Positions 7,869 to 16,982 of a DNA stretch of 32,000 nucleotides are shown piece by piece (positions within the stretch are counted from its first letter, which is position 1; each line of letters opens with the position of its first letter). Where the stretch lies: the NCBI GenBank assembly GCA_964543385.1, contig CAZIYE010000001.1, positions 60,001 to 92,000 of the forward strand, in the 5' to 3' direction. Origin of the DNA: an uncultured Candidatus Saccharibacteria bacterium (GTDB lineage Bacteria > Patescibacteriota > UBA1384 > XYA2-FULL-43-10 > 1-14-0-10-43-13). The position numbers were made by a program, and so were the translations under genes. The notes under the pieces were generated by a model. That model was not told where the DNA came from. It ran no database searches and was given only the letters and a program-made list of their open reading frames with translations.

Positions 7869-9857
7869 CTACTTAGTTATTATTCTTGCATCCACTAAAT
7901 AAAATTCTCCACTCTCATCCGCAATCATCGGATTGAAATCAATCTCTGTGATATTCTCAAAGTTGTCAGCAAAGCTAGATGTATTGACAATAATTTTGGC
8001 AATCTCATCAATATTATAAGCCATCTGCCCTCTAGCCCCTGCCAAAATTGCGCCCATTTTAGTCTCGGCTATCATCTCTTTAGCAACCTCTGTAGAAATT
8101 GGTGCAATACGGTAACTTAGATCCTTATAAACTTCGGAATAAATGCCACCAGTTCCAAAAGCAATTACAGTACCAATATTAGCATCCTTCTTAATTCCCA
8201 GAAAAATTTCATGTTTTCCTTTAACCATTTTGCCAACAATTGCCGGAGAACCAACCTCAGTGAAGGCAGCAAGCAAATCTGTTTCATTCTTAAGATTCAA
8301 TTTCACTCCGCCAGCATCAGATTTATGAGAAATATCTTTTTGAGCTGTTTTAAGAACCAATGGATAACCAATATTTTCTGCGGCAGCCCGTAGCTCAGTC
8401 TCGTTATTAACTTCAATATAACCAAGAACTGGTAAATTAAACTTCTTTAATAAATTATCTTTATTAGACATATCGAATGTCTCAGTGGGGGTGTTAGAAT
8501 TGCTAATTTCAACCTTTTTTGTTGAGAAATCTACAAGAGCACGAAGCGCCTTCACACCCATCTCTGGATAAAGGAAGCAAATTTTCTGAGCACTCTCAAT
8601 AATTTTGCAACCGCTTTCAACTGATGCACCACCGATAAATGCAGAAATTATAGGCTTATCAGTCTTTAGATCGATGATATGTCTGGCTGTCTCTTCTACT
8701 TTAGTTGAGGACTGTGGTGTTAATAAAACAAGTAGAGCGTCGATATTAGGATCATTCGCAACGATCTCCATTGCATCTTTATATTCTGTATCAGAGGCGT
8801 CACCCAAAACATCAATTGGATTGCCAACTGGGGCCTCTGGTCTCAATACTTTTTGTAATCTTGCTTTTGTTTCATCAGAGATAGTAGCAAGCTGCAAGCT
8901 ATGTTTTATAATGGCATCGCTAGAAGCAATTGAGGGACCGCCGGCATTTGTAATAATAGCAACACGGTCACCGCCTATTTTATTATAGGTAGAAAATAAT
9001 GCTGCATAGGCAAACAAATCTTCAAGATCATCAGCAATAATTACACCAGACTGCCTCAAATATGTCTCGACAGCCAGATAAGACGAAACCAAGGATCCAG
9101 TATGAGAGGCAGCTGCATGAGCACCAGCCGCAGTCTTGCCACCAAACAAAACAACTGTGGGTTTTCGCTTAGCGTTTTTTATAAAAACCTCAGTTAATTC
9201 AGGAGATACATTTAGCTGCTCCCAATAAGAGATGATTACTTTTGTTGAATCGTCACTGTAAAGATATTTGAGCAAATCAGCCTCTTTTAAGACAGCCTTA
9301 TTTCCAAGTGAAAAAATCTTAGAAAATCCCAGAGAAGTTGTTTTTGACCAGTCGATTAAGGCAGTAATCATGGCACCAGATTGAGAAATAAAAGAAATAT
9401 TACCCTTATTTGGCATCGAATTAGCGAATGAAGCATTTAGATTAATGTCTGTGTTGATAAGGCCCAGACAGTTTGGTCCTAATAATGAGATTCCTGCATT
9501 TTGACAAATTGTCACAATCTCTTCTTGGAGTTTAGTACCTTCTTCGCCAGTTTCAGAGAATCCAGCCGTAATTACAATTGCACTCTTGATACCTTTTTCT
9601 CCGCATTCTTTTAAAGCACCCACAACAAATTTGGAGGGAATACAAATTACCGCAAGATCGATTTCCTCATCAATAGAAAGAACGGAATCGTAAACATTTT
9701 TACCCAAAATTTCACCACCTTTAGGATTGATGGGGTAGACTTCGCCAATAAAGTTATTTTTAATAAGGTTATCAAAAATTTGGTAACCAATTTTTTCAGG
9801 GCTAGCTGATGCTCCAATCACAGCGATGGAACTAGGTATAATAAGTTTGTCCAACAT
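7869..9857 (-). CDS. ADP-forming acetate/acyl-CoA synthetase, fused alpha-beta type
   Basis: N-term IPSSIAVIGASASPEKIGYQIFDNLI (CoA-binding), central SQSGAMITALIDWS...GNKAVL, C-term ATP-grasp NNLLKKFNLPVLG...YPLVLKTAQKDISHKSDAGGVKLNL. Confidence 0.92.
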   Translation of the reverse strand: MLDKLIIPSSIAVIGASASPEKIGYQIFDNLIKNNFIGEVYPINPKGGEILGKNVYDSVLSIDEEIDLAVICIPSKFVVGALKECGEKGIKSAIVITAGFSETGEEGTKLQEEIVTICQNAGISLLGPNCLGLINTDINLNASFANSMPNKGNISFISQSGAMITALIDWSKTTSLGFSKIFSLGNKAVLKEADLLKYLYSDDSTKVIISYWEQLNVSPELTEVFIKNAKRKPTVVLFGGKTAAGAHAAASHTGSLVSSYLAVETYLRQSGVIIADDLEDLFAYAALFSTYNKIGGDRVAIITNAGGPSIASSDAIIKHSLQLATISDETKARLQKVLRPEAPVGNPIDVLGDASDTEYKDAMEIVANDPNIDALLVLLTPQSSTKVEETARHIIDLKTDKPIISAFIGGASVESGCKIIESAQKICFLYPEMGVKALRALVDFSTKKVEISNSNTPTETFDMSNKDNLLKKFNLPVLGYIEVNNETELRAAAENIGYPLVLKTAQKDISHKSDAGGVKLNLKNETDLLAAFTEVGSPAIVGKMVKGKHEIFLGIKKDANIGTVIAFGTGGIYSEVYKDLSYRIAPISTEVAKEMIAETKMGAILAGARGQMAYNIDEIAKIIVNTSSFADNFENITEIDFNPMIADESGEFYLVDARIITK

Positions 9858-9864
9858 AAAAATC

Positions 9865-11313
9865 CTATCTGTCTAAATGATTTATAATAATTTTTTTTAA
9901 ATAGCTTTGATTATATTTTATATTCATTAAATCTAAAATCCCCAAACTTTGCTGGGCTAACTTCTTTGAATAATTAGATACCTCAATAAGAGGAAGAGGA
10001 TTTGAGGAAAATTGAGTTCTTTCACCAAATGGAAGCGAAACCTCGACTATCTCCTCAGCCATTCCATAGAAAGAGGATACCAACAGAATTCCACCGTTTT
10101 CCAGTATACACGATTCTAGACCAGATAATAAACTGTCTAAATTTTTCACTGTTGTTTCTACCCGTCCGAAGTTCTTGCCTTGGCATACATTAGCGATAAA
10201 AGGCAAATCGACTATTATCAAATCATCTTTCTTTTTCTTTATTCTGTCCTTTATGAATTCAAAAACCCCAGCTATGAATATCTTTTCTTGAGCTTCTGAT
10301 CGATCGACATCTTCAAGCTCTATTTTTCTGATATTCTGCGGAATATTTGTTATCGACGAAATAAGATCACAGTCGGCTTTATTGGCCAGAAGGATGCCAT
10401 GGCTTTTGGATAGTCTAGAAAACCACGACGAACTAGTGCTGCTACAAATATTTTTATCAGCTTGATCCCAGGGAGCATCAATTAAATATAGAATTTTAAG
10501 AAATTTTAGCCTTCTGATCTCGGGATAGTTAAAAAGGCCAAAGAAATATTTCGATAATGGCAATACAGCTTCGCAATTATGATCAAAAAATATTACTGCA
10601 TCAAAATCAGATATCATTGTCCGACTATTCGAAATTATAAAGCTCCCCAACCATTCCGCTCCCTTTTTGCCAGCAGAAAACATCTGTTCAAAAGATAAAA
10701 CCCTTTTCCCTCTTCCTGAAATTATGGTATTTAGAGTCTCTGCCAAATTATCGTTTAAATAAAGATTATTAAGGGTGCTAATTGTAGCTATTTGGGCATT
10801 GCCAATCTTTAATAACTTGGCCTGTAAGCCATTAAGTATCTCGATGACTTTATTTTTTGAAGAAAAGTTATCGACGAAAAGATGTATATACTGCTGGTAA
10901 ACACCGTTAGACTTAGATAATTTAACAAGGTTTATTAGATGATCCAAATCACCGAACCTATTGTCCTCAGAGATAGTACCAATAATGTGAAGTTTTGAAT
11001 TATGCTTTAATACGTGAGCATATAATCCCTGCAAAGTCTTATTTTCATGAATACTTTTGCCAGTAAACGATTCATCAATAATTTTTGAATTTGTTTTGGG
11101 ATCAGTATCCTTATAAAATTCCTCATAAAAACATCTCTTATTCAGCGATTCAGACTTATTAGATGACTCCAGTACCAGATGACTGTATTTTTTCCATAAG
11201 TTATTAAAATTATCAGCTTTAGCACTGATAATAGCATTCTTTTGCCAAGACAAATTAAGCCCCCACCCCTGCAAAAGCAATAGAACAATAGGTTTTTGAT
11301 TATTATCTTCCAT
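9865..11313 (-). CDS. Degenerate GpmI-like paralog (alkaline phosphatase superfamily pseudoenzyme), 482 aa
   Basis: Collinear resemblance to the adjacent gpmI product (IVLLLLQGWGLNLSWQKNAI vs FVLVILDGWGIAPVWGGNAI; QQYIHLFVDNFSS vs RVYIHLFTDGRDS; NLDSLLSGLESCI vs CVDKCLGKVLDTV), with catalytic/metal motifs lost. Confidence 0.8.
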   Translation of the reverse strand: MEDNNQKPIVLLLLQGWGLNLSWQKNAIISAKADNFNNLWKKYSHLVLESSNKSESLNKRCFYEEFYKDTDPKTNSKIIDESFTGKSIHENKTLQGLYAHVLKHNSKLHIIGTISEDNRFGDLDHLINLVKLSKSNGVYQQYIHLFVDNFSSKNKVIEILNGLQAKLLKIGNAQIATISTLNNLYLNDNLAETLNTIISGRGKRVLSFEQMFSAGKKGAEWLGSFIISNSRTMISDFDAVIFFDHNCEAVLPLSKYFFGLFNYPEIRRLKFLKILYLIDAPWDQADKNICSSTSSSWFSRLSKSHGILLANKADCDLISSITNIPQNIRKIELEDVDRSEAQEKIFIAGVFEFIKDRIKKKKDDLIIVDLPFIANVCQGKNFGRVETTVKNLDSLLSGLESCILENGGILLVSSFYGMAEEIVEVSLPFGERTQFSSNPLPLIEVSNYSKKLAQQSLGILDLMNIKYNQSYLKKIIINHLDR

Positions 11314-12886
11314 TGTCAGAAATAATTAACGATTTCTCTTTTTGCTTATCATCATAAGTAATCCCCATAACATCAAGAATTGTTGGCGATATAGAAGCCA
11401 AAACTCCGTCAGGTCTAAACTTCAGAGATTTAAGTTGAGAGTCAGCAGACACAAGACCGAACGGAACAGGATTACATGTATGCTCAGTATCGGGAGATCC
11501 GGTGCGAGGGTTTACCATTTGTTCAGCATTACCATGATCCGCACAGATTGCCGCAACACCACTTTTTTTGATCACCGTATCAAGAACCTTGCCAAGACAC
11601 TTATCAACGCACTCAACTGCCTTAACTGTTGCCCCCAAATCGCCGGTATGTCCAACCATATCAGTATTCGCAAAGTTCACAACCAGAAACTCATAGATGT
11701 TTCGATTGATCGCGTCAATCAAAGTCTTTGTAACCTCTCCAGCACTCATTTCAGGAACTTTATCATAGGTCCTTACTGAAGTAGGGGATGGAATCATAAG
11801 ACGGTCTTCGCCGGGATAACTTTCCTCATGACCGCCATTTAAGAAGTATGTAACATGAGCATACTTCTCTGTCTCGGCAGTATGATATTGCCTAAAACCC
11901 TTTGACGACAATATAGATGCGAGAGGATCAGTCACCTTTTCTGGAAAAAATGCTTGATTCGCGGGTGAATTCTCGTCATGCATAACAAAAGTAGCAAAGT
12001 ATAAATTCTTAAGCAGCTTTCTATTTGGAATATCTCTGAATTCAGGATCAAGAAATGTCTTCGTTAACTCCTTGGCTCTGTCCGCTCTGAAATTAAATAG
12101 TATCACCGAATCATTATCAGTAATCGGTCTAAAAGAATGTTGCTTATCCTGAACAATACTAGGCTCAATAAATTCGTCTGTAATTCCATGTGCGTATGAT
12201 TCGGTAAAAATTGTTCCTATTGATAAATATGATCTTCCGTTACCACCAACCAACATATCGTAGGTCTTTTTGACACGATCCCAACGGTTATCTCTATCCA
12301 TCGCATAAAAACGTCCGATTATAGAAGTAATTTTTCCGATGCCAACTTTTCTCACCTCTGCTTCAACTTCAGAAAGCATCTCTATACCGGACATAGAATC
12401 GGAATCTCGGCCATCGGTAAACAAATGAATGTAAACTCTATCAAATTTTTTATCGGCAATAAGTTTGAGCAGAGCAAAAAGGTGATTTATATGACTATGA
12501 GTCCCAGTCTTCGAAAGAAGTCCCATGACATGTAAATTGGATTTATTTTCCCTAGCATGCTCAACTGCTGCATGAAGAATTTTGTTTTCAAAAAATCTTC
12601 CACTCGATATTTCTTTATCTATCATCGGTTGATCCTGATATATAATATGCCCCGCGCCAATATTAAGATGCCCCGCTTCAGAGTTACCAGGGGCCCCATC
12701 GGGAAGACCGACCGCACCATCAGATGCCTGCAGGGTAGTATAGGGGAAATTCTTCTGCATTGTCTTAAAGTTTTTAACTTCAGCAATAGAAATCGCATTC
12801 CCTCCCCACACAGGGGCGATACCCCAACCGTCCAAAATAACTAAAACAAAAGGCTTTTTTGATTTGCCTACTGAAAAATTAAACAA
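11303..12886 (-). CDS. gpmI: 2,3-bisphosphoglycerate-independent phosphoglycerate mutase
   Basis: VLVILDGWGIAPVWGGNAI, PGNSEAGHLNIGAG, THSHINHL, TDGRDS, YAMDRDNRWDR, FNFRADRAKELT, NTDMVGHTG, ADHGNAEQM, DTEHTCNPVPF. Confidence 0.95.
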   Translation of the reverse strand: MFNFSVGKSKKPFVLVILDGWGIAPVWGGNAISIAEVKNFKTMQKNFPYTTLQASDGAVGLPDGAPGNSEAGHLNIGAGHIIYQDQPMIDKEISSGRFFENKILHAAVEHARENKSNLHVMGLLSKTGTHSHINHLFALLKLIADKKFDRVYIHLFTDGRDSDSMSGIEMLSEVEAEVRKVGIGKITSIIGRFYAMDRDNRWDRVKKTYDMLVGGNGRSYLSIGTIFTESYAHGITDEFIEPSIVQDKQHSFRPITDNDSVILFNFRADRAKELTKTFLDPEFRDIPNRKLLKNLYFATFVMHDENSPANQAFFPEKVTDPLASILSSKGFRQYHTAETEKYAHVTYFLNGGHEESYPGEDRLMIPSPTSVRTYDKVPEMSAGEVTKTLIDAINRNIYEFLVVNFANTDMVGHTGDLGATVKAVECVDKCLGKVLDTVIKKSGVAAICADHGNAEQMVNPRTGSPDTEHTCNPVPFGLVSADSQLKSLKFRPDGVLASISPTILDVMGITYDDKQKEKSLIISDNGR

Positions 12887-12902
12887 ATTCCCTCCTAAAA
12901 CA

Positions 12903-13958
12903 TTAAGCTAAACGCTCCTTAAGATAATCTATAGTATCATTCGTACCAGGATTTACTCTATTCAACATCGCTAAATAATATGAAACAAAATCACCAAACA
13001 TTACATGTAAAAATATTTCGACCAACTGGTCTTGTCCCTGTAAAAATTTAATTCTTTCAAGAGGAATTTTATTTCTTGCCAAAACATCAGCCGTAACGTT
13101 TTCCCTTAATTTGTTTCGACTATATTCAAAGTCAGACTCGAGCATTAAGACAAAAATTTGGTTTTTGGGACATAGCAATCCTTCTACTGATTTATGGTTC
13201 ACTTCTGGAATCTCCTCATGAAAAGCAAAATTCTTTGAGTTTTCATTTAATTGGCCCTTGATTCTGGCCCCAACCCCAGCAAGCTTATCTGAGGTATATA
13301 TTACCGGAATTTTCCCAAAAATCTTCTCTGCTAGTATCTTTGCTGGATTGCCCAACAAAGAATTTGGTATTTGGTATTTATTGATCGCACTCTTCAAATT
13401 CGTAACTATATTATTTATTCTAGCACGATCGATATTTATGTAACCAAGCTTACTAAAGATAGAGAGAAGAAAGATAAACATAAAGGGAAATGAGGCTCGA
13501 GGAGGACAATGATAGTCAAACTTCAATAGGGGCGCTCTATATTTCTCTGCCAATATTTTTAATTTTCCGCCAGTTGTAATAGCAATTAGCTTTGCGCCTT
13601 TTTCATGAGCAGAGATAAAGCCAGACAGCGTCTCTTCAGTGTCACCAGAATAAGAGCTTGCGATAACTAGAGTATCCTTGTCTATAAAACCAGGTAAAAT
13701 ATAATTATGAACACTCTCAATCACAAGATCAGTTTGACTAAACAACAAATTCTTGAGGATATCTCCAGCTTCACCGGATCCGCCCATTCCTAGCAGAACA
13801 ACTTTCTTTGCCTTAATATAATATGATGGTATAGAATAACTATCTGCCATACTGAATGCTTGCTCGCACAGCAAAGGAAAATTCTCAATATGGCGAATCA
13901 TTCCCTTAGAATCGACTTTACTAACATCAATTTTGTCTAAAATGTCCATATTGCCCAC
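12903..13958 (-). CDS. Bifunctional phosphoglucose/phosphomannose isomerase family (SIS domain)
   Basis: VVLLGMGGSGEAGDIL, VIASSYSGDTEETL, SIS-domain organisation, and C-terminal MFGDFVSYYLAMLNRVNPGTNDTIDYLKERL. Confidence 0.88.
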   Translation of the reverse strand: MGNMDILDKIDVSKVDSKGMIRHIENFPLLCEQAFSMADSYSIPSYYIKAKKVVLLGMGGSGEAGDILKNLLFSQTDLVIESVHNYILPGFIDKDTLVIASSYSGDTEETLSGFISAHEKGAKLIAITTGGKLKILAEKYRAPLLKFDYHCPPRASFPFMFIFLLSIFSKLGYINIDRARINNIVTNLKSAINKYQIPNSLLGNPAKILAEKIFGKIPVIYTSDKLAGVGARIKGQLNENSKNFAFHEEIPEVNHKSVEGLLCPKNQIFVLMLESDFEYSRNKLRENVTADVLARNKIPLERIKFLQGQDQLVEIFLHVMFGDFVSYYLAMLNRVNPGTNDTIDYLKERLA

Positions 13959-14036
13959 AACAAACCTCTTTTTAAAATCCTAGTATAATTATATTATTAA
14001 AAGTAGACTAAAAACAAGCCATAACAAAGAGAAAAA

Positions 14037-14618
14037 ATGCATACCCTAAATCAAGAAAATATTAATGAAATTGCAAGCAAAGCAGCAGAGACTATTAAAA
14101 ACGGCGGCATTGCCTTAGTTCCTTTTGATACTGTCTATGGATTTATATGCGATCCCAGCAATAGCTCCGCACTCGAAAAAATATTCCATCTCAAAGAAAG
14201 AGACGAGAACAAGACCATAGGATTAGCAGTCTCTTCCTTATCAGATATAGAAAAAATTGCTGAAACCCTTAATCCAGAATTCATTAGCGCTAGGATACCT
14301 GGCAGATACACATTTATCCTAAAATCAAAAAACGATAGTTTTTCAAAATATTGTTATCAAAACGGAACTATTGGAGTAAGAGTCCCAGATAATAGTCTCA
14401 TAATAAAAATCGCCAGCCTATTTGGTCCCATTGCCCAAACTTCAGCAAATAAATCTGGGCTTTCAAATTGCCTATCGATTCCAGAAGTTATAGCACAATT
14501 CCCACCGGCAGAATTCAATAATATTGATCTGATTGTAGACGGTGGCAAAATAGAAAATGGAAAGCCATCACAAATTTGGGACATGACTAAAAAAGAACCA
14601 TCTCTGATTGAAAGGTAG
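14037..14618 (+). CDS. L-threonylcarbamoyladenylate synthase (Sua5/YciO/YrdC family)
   Basis: IKNGGIALVPFDTVYGFICDPSN..., KLFHLKERDENKTIGLAV, GTIGVRVPDNSLIIKI, PIAQTSANKSGL. Confidence 0.92.
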   Translation: MHTLNQENINEIASKAAETIKNGGIALVPFDTVYGFICDPSNSSALEKIFHLKERDENKTIGLAVSSLSDIEKIAETLNPEFISARIPGRYTFILKSKNDSFSKYCYQNGTIGVRVPDNSLIIKIASLFGPIAQTSANKSGLSNCLSIPEVIAQFPPAEFNNIDLIVDGGKIENGKPSQIWDMTKKEPSLIER

Positions 14619-14653
14619 AAGAAAATCTGCTATCATATATATAGTAAATGCAT

Positions 14654-14739
14654 GGGCGAGTGGCGGAATTGGTATACGCGCATGACTCAAAATCTTGTGC
14701 CCTAAAGGCTTGTGGGTTCGAGTCCCACCCCGCCCACCA
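14654..14739 (+). tRNA. tRNA-Leu (anticodon CAA), CCA encoded
   Basis: GGGCGAG TG GCGGAATTGGTATACGCG CATGA CTCAAAA TCTTG, variable arm GCC-CTAAA-GGC, GTGGG TTCGAGT CCCAC CCCGCCC A CCA. One mismatch each in the acceptor and anticodon stems. Confidence 0.88.
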
Positions 14740-14764
14740 TTTATTATAACTGTATCTAAAAAAT

Positions 14765-14792
14765 AGAGAGCCTTTGGCTCTTTTTATTTTTT
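14765..14792 (+). terminator. Rho-independent terminator after tRNA-Leu
   Basis: AGAGCC-TTT-GGCTCT followed by TTTTATTTTTTT. Confidence 0.75.
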
Positions 14793-14826
14793 TATCAGCT
14801 TATTCTCAGAAAATATGTTATATAAT
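14792..14826 (+). promoter_or_regulatory. Putative regulated promoter of the two-component operon (site A)
   Basis: TTATCAG-CTTA-TTCTCAG (11-bp period), then 11 nt, then TATAAT at 14821-14826. Confidence 0.6.
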
Positions 14827-14855
14827 GAATATAAATAATCTTTAATTTTACTAAC

Positions 14856-15527
14856 ATGCGAATATTAATAATAGAAGATGACCACAAGATTGCAAATGCT
14901 ATAAAAAAAGGGCTAGAACAGGAATCTTTTGCTGTGGATGTTGAATTTGATGGAAAAAATGGTCTAGGATCTGCTTTGACCATTGAATATGATTTAATAT
15001 TACTTGATCGTATGCTACCAGAAGTTGACGGTATAAAAATTTGTGAAATTCTAAGAGATAAACAGAAACATATGCCTATCCTCTTGCTTACTGCTAAAGA
15101 TAAAATAAGTGATAGGGTGGATGGATTAAACGCTGGAGCTGATGACTACCTAGTTAAGCCTTTTGCATTCGAAGAATTGCTAGCCAGAGTGCGAGCATTG
15201 CTACGCCGACCAAAAAATCAAACCGACGTTATATTAAAAATAGATAATTTAGAGCTTGATCCAATAAAATTCATAGCGAAAAGGGCAGGCGTGGAGATAA
15301 GACTTTCGACAAAAGAGTTTGCTTTACTTGAATATATGATGAGAAATCCAAATCAAGTACTAAGTAAAGATAATATCATCAACCATGTATGGAACTATGA
15401 TGCAGATATTTTGCCCAATACAGTGGAGGTATACATGGGATATTTAAGAAACAAAATTGATAAGCCGTTTAAAAAAGATAAATCACTAATAAATACCATC
15501 CGCGGATTTGGTTATAGAATTGGCTAA
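14856..15527 (+). CDS. OmpR/PhoB-family response regulator
   Basis: MRILIIEDDHKIANAIKKGLEQE..., DLILLDRMLPEVDG, LLLTAKD, GADDYLVKPFAFEELLARVRALLRRP, and winged-helix C-term VEVYMGYLRNKIDKPF...INTIRGFGYRI. Confidence 0.95.
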   Translation: MRILIIEDDHKIANAIKKGLEQESFAVDVEFDGKNGLGSALTIEYDLILLDRMLPEVDGIKICEILRDKQKHMPILLLTAKDKISDRVDGLNAGADDYLVKPFAFEELLARVRALLRRPKNQTDVILKIDNLELDPIKFIAKRAGVEIRLSTKEFALLEYMMRNPNQVLSKDNIINHVWNYDADILPNTVEVYMGYLRNKIDKPFKKDKSLINTIRGFGYRIG

Positions 15528-16578
15528 TATGAATGAAATAAGAAATGTCTTCAATAAACTAAAATCAAAACATATCGATTTTGCAGTAATAAAACTTTCT
15601 TTGTTTTACGTTTTGATTATTATGACGATCAGCGTTTCATTTAGCCTCATACTCCACAGAATCTCATATCAGGAAATAAATAGGGGATTGGGACGCCAGT
15701 TACGAACTTTTTGGGAACAAAACAATATTAACTTTACGGGCCCAATGGCCGATTTAGAAAGAATTCGTCAAGATCAAACCAATGAAGCGAATAAACGACT
15801 AACCTTGAACTTAATATATTTTAATATTCTAATCCTAGTTTTTTCATCAGTAACCAGTTACTTCTTCGCAAAAAAAACCCTTGAACCTATAGAAAAATCA
15901 ATGGAGGAACAAAATCGTTTTACTGCCGACGCCTCCCATGAGCTACGCACTCCTCTAACTGCGATGAAGACCGAGATAGAGGTAGCCCTAAGAGATAAAA
16001 GTTTAAACTTGGAACAAGCAAAAACTCTCCTAGACAGCAACCTAGAAGAAGTTGGTAAATTGGAATCTTTATCGAATGCATTATTGAAATTAGCAAAAGC
16101 TGAAAATATCAATCATGAATTTGAAGAAGTAAATTTATGGGCAATAGTTAAAGAAGCACATAAAAAAATACAACGTTTGTCAGACAAAAAAATGATCTCA
16201 ATCGAAATATCTCCGGCAGATAAAAATGATAACTTCATAATTGATGGAGAACCACAAAGTCTTACTGAGCTTTTTGTAATTCTTATAGACAATGCCATCA
16301 AATACAGCCCTGAAAATACATCGGTCATCGTATCGTTGGAAAATCAAGGAGAGCATATTGTCGTTAAAATAAAAGATAATGGTATCGGCATAAAAGCAAG
16401 TGATTTACCTTATATTTTCAATCGTTTTTACCGTGCCGACAACTCCAGAAATAAGCAAAAAATTGCTGGTTATGGATTAGGCCTTTCAATAGCAAAACAA
16501 ATAGTAGATATGCACAACGGTGCAATTTCCGTAAACAGTAAAATTGGCAAAGGTAGCGAGTTCAAGATCTCACTGTAA
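15508..16578 (+). CDS. Sensor histidine kinase; likely start at Met 15529
   Basis: Two TM segments, H-box FTADASHELRTPLTAMKTEIEVAL, N-box LTELFVILIDNAIKYSPENT, GNGI/G2 boxes KDNGIGIKASDLPYIFNRFYRAD...GYGLGLSIAKQIV. Confidence 0.95.
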   Translation: MVIELANMNEIRNVFNKLKSKHIDFAVIKLSLFYVLIIMTISVSFSLILHRISYQEINRGLGRQLRTFWEQNNINFTGPMADLERIRQDQTNEANKRLTLNLIYFNILILVFSSVTSYFFAKKTLEPIEKSMEEQNRFTADASHELRTPLTAMKTEIEVALRDKSLNLEQAKTLLDSNLEEVGKLESLSNALLKLAKAENINHEFEEVNLWAIVKEAHKKIQRLSDKKMISIEISPADKNDNFIIDGEPQSLTELFVILIDNAIKYSPENTSVIVSLENQGEHIVVKIKDNGIGIKASDLPYIFNRFYRADNSRNKQKIAGYGLGLSIAKQIVDMHNGAISVNSKIGKGSEFKISL

Positions 16579-16643
16579 ACCATAGAAATCTCTATCAAAA
16601 TTTGATATATAATATAAAGAATCAATTGGGGAGGTAATTGACG

Positions 16644-16781
16644 ATGTCGATTCTGAGGGGCATCCTTGTCGCTATTGCAGTCATCTGTCTGTTTTTCTGG
16701 ATCATCGAAAACGCACCGATGCCAGATTCATGGACCGATCCGACATCCGTGTCTGCCGGACTGGAGGTCTTTCCACCTTAG
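16644..16781 (+). CDS. Small membrane protein, 45 aa (MSILRGILVAIAVICLFFWIIENAPMPDSWTDPTSVSAGLEVFPP)
   Basis: ATG preceded by GGGGAGG at suitable spacing and a TATAAT-like element at 16608-16613. N-terminal hydrophobic segment. Not listed in the ORF track (below its length cutoff). Confidence 0.55.
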   Translation: MSILRGILVAIAVICLFFWIIENAPMPDSWTDPTSVSAGLEVFPP

Positions 16782-16789
16782 GAGGTAAC

Positions 16790-16933
16790 ATGGAAGACTC
16801 AAAAAAGCCAACCTTTGCGATAATTATCGCAATCGCAACAATTGTTGCCTTACTCCTATTCCCCGAGACGAGAACTCCGATACTGCAATTACTTATCAAG
16901 ATTTGCGAGGGTCTGAGCGCGATCAAGGGGTAA
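16790..16933 (+). CDS. Small membrane protein, 47 aa (MEDSKKPTFAIIIAIATIVALLLFPETRTPILQLLIKICEGLSAIKG)
   Basis: ATG at 16790 with TAGGAGGTAAC RBS overlapping the stop codon of the preceding small ORF. Single TM segment. Confidence 0.6.
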   Translation: MEDSKKPTFAIIIAIATIVALLLFPETRTPILQLLIKICEGLSAIKG

Positions 16934-16942
16934 TCCTGCCGA

Positions 16943-16982
16943 GGTCCATATTTTGAAATGAGGTATACTCAAAATATGGGCC
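16943..16982. other. Long inverted repeat (RNA hairpin)
   Basis: GGTCCATATTTTGA (16943-16956) pairs with TCAAAATATGGGCC (16969-16982), with a single G-U wobble and a 12-nt loop. Confidence 0.6.

Noticed and set aside
12557-12844. Plus-strand ORF of 95 aa opposite gpmI
   Set aside because: It lies antisense to the gpmI active-site-encoding N-terminal region and has no RBS or homology, so it is a shadow ORF.
15858-16328. Minus-strand ORFs antisense to the histidine kinase
   Set aside because: They overlap the strongly conserved HK catalytic boxes on the other strand, so shadow ORFs are the simpler explanation.
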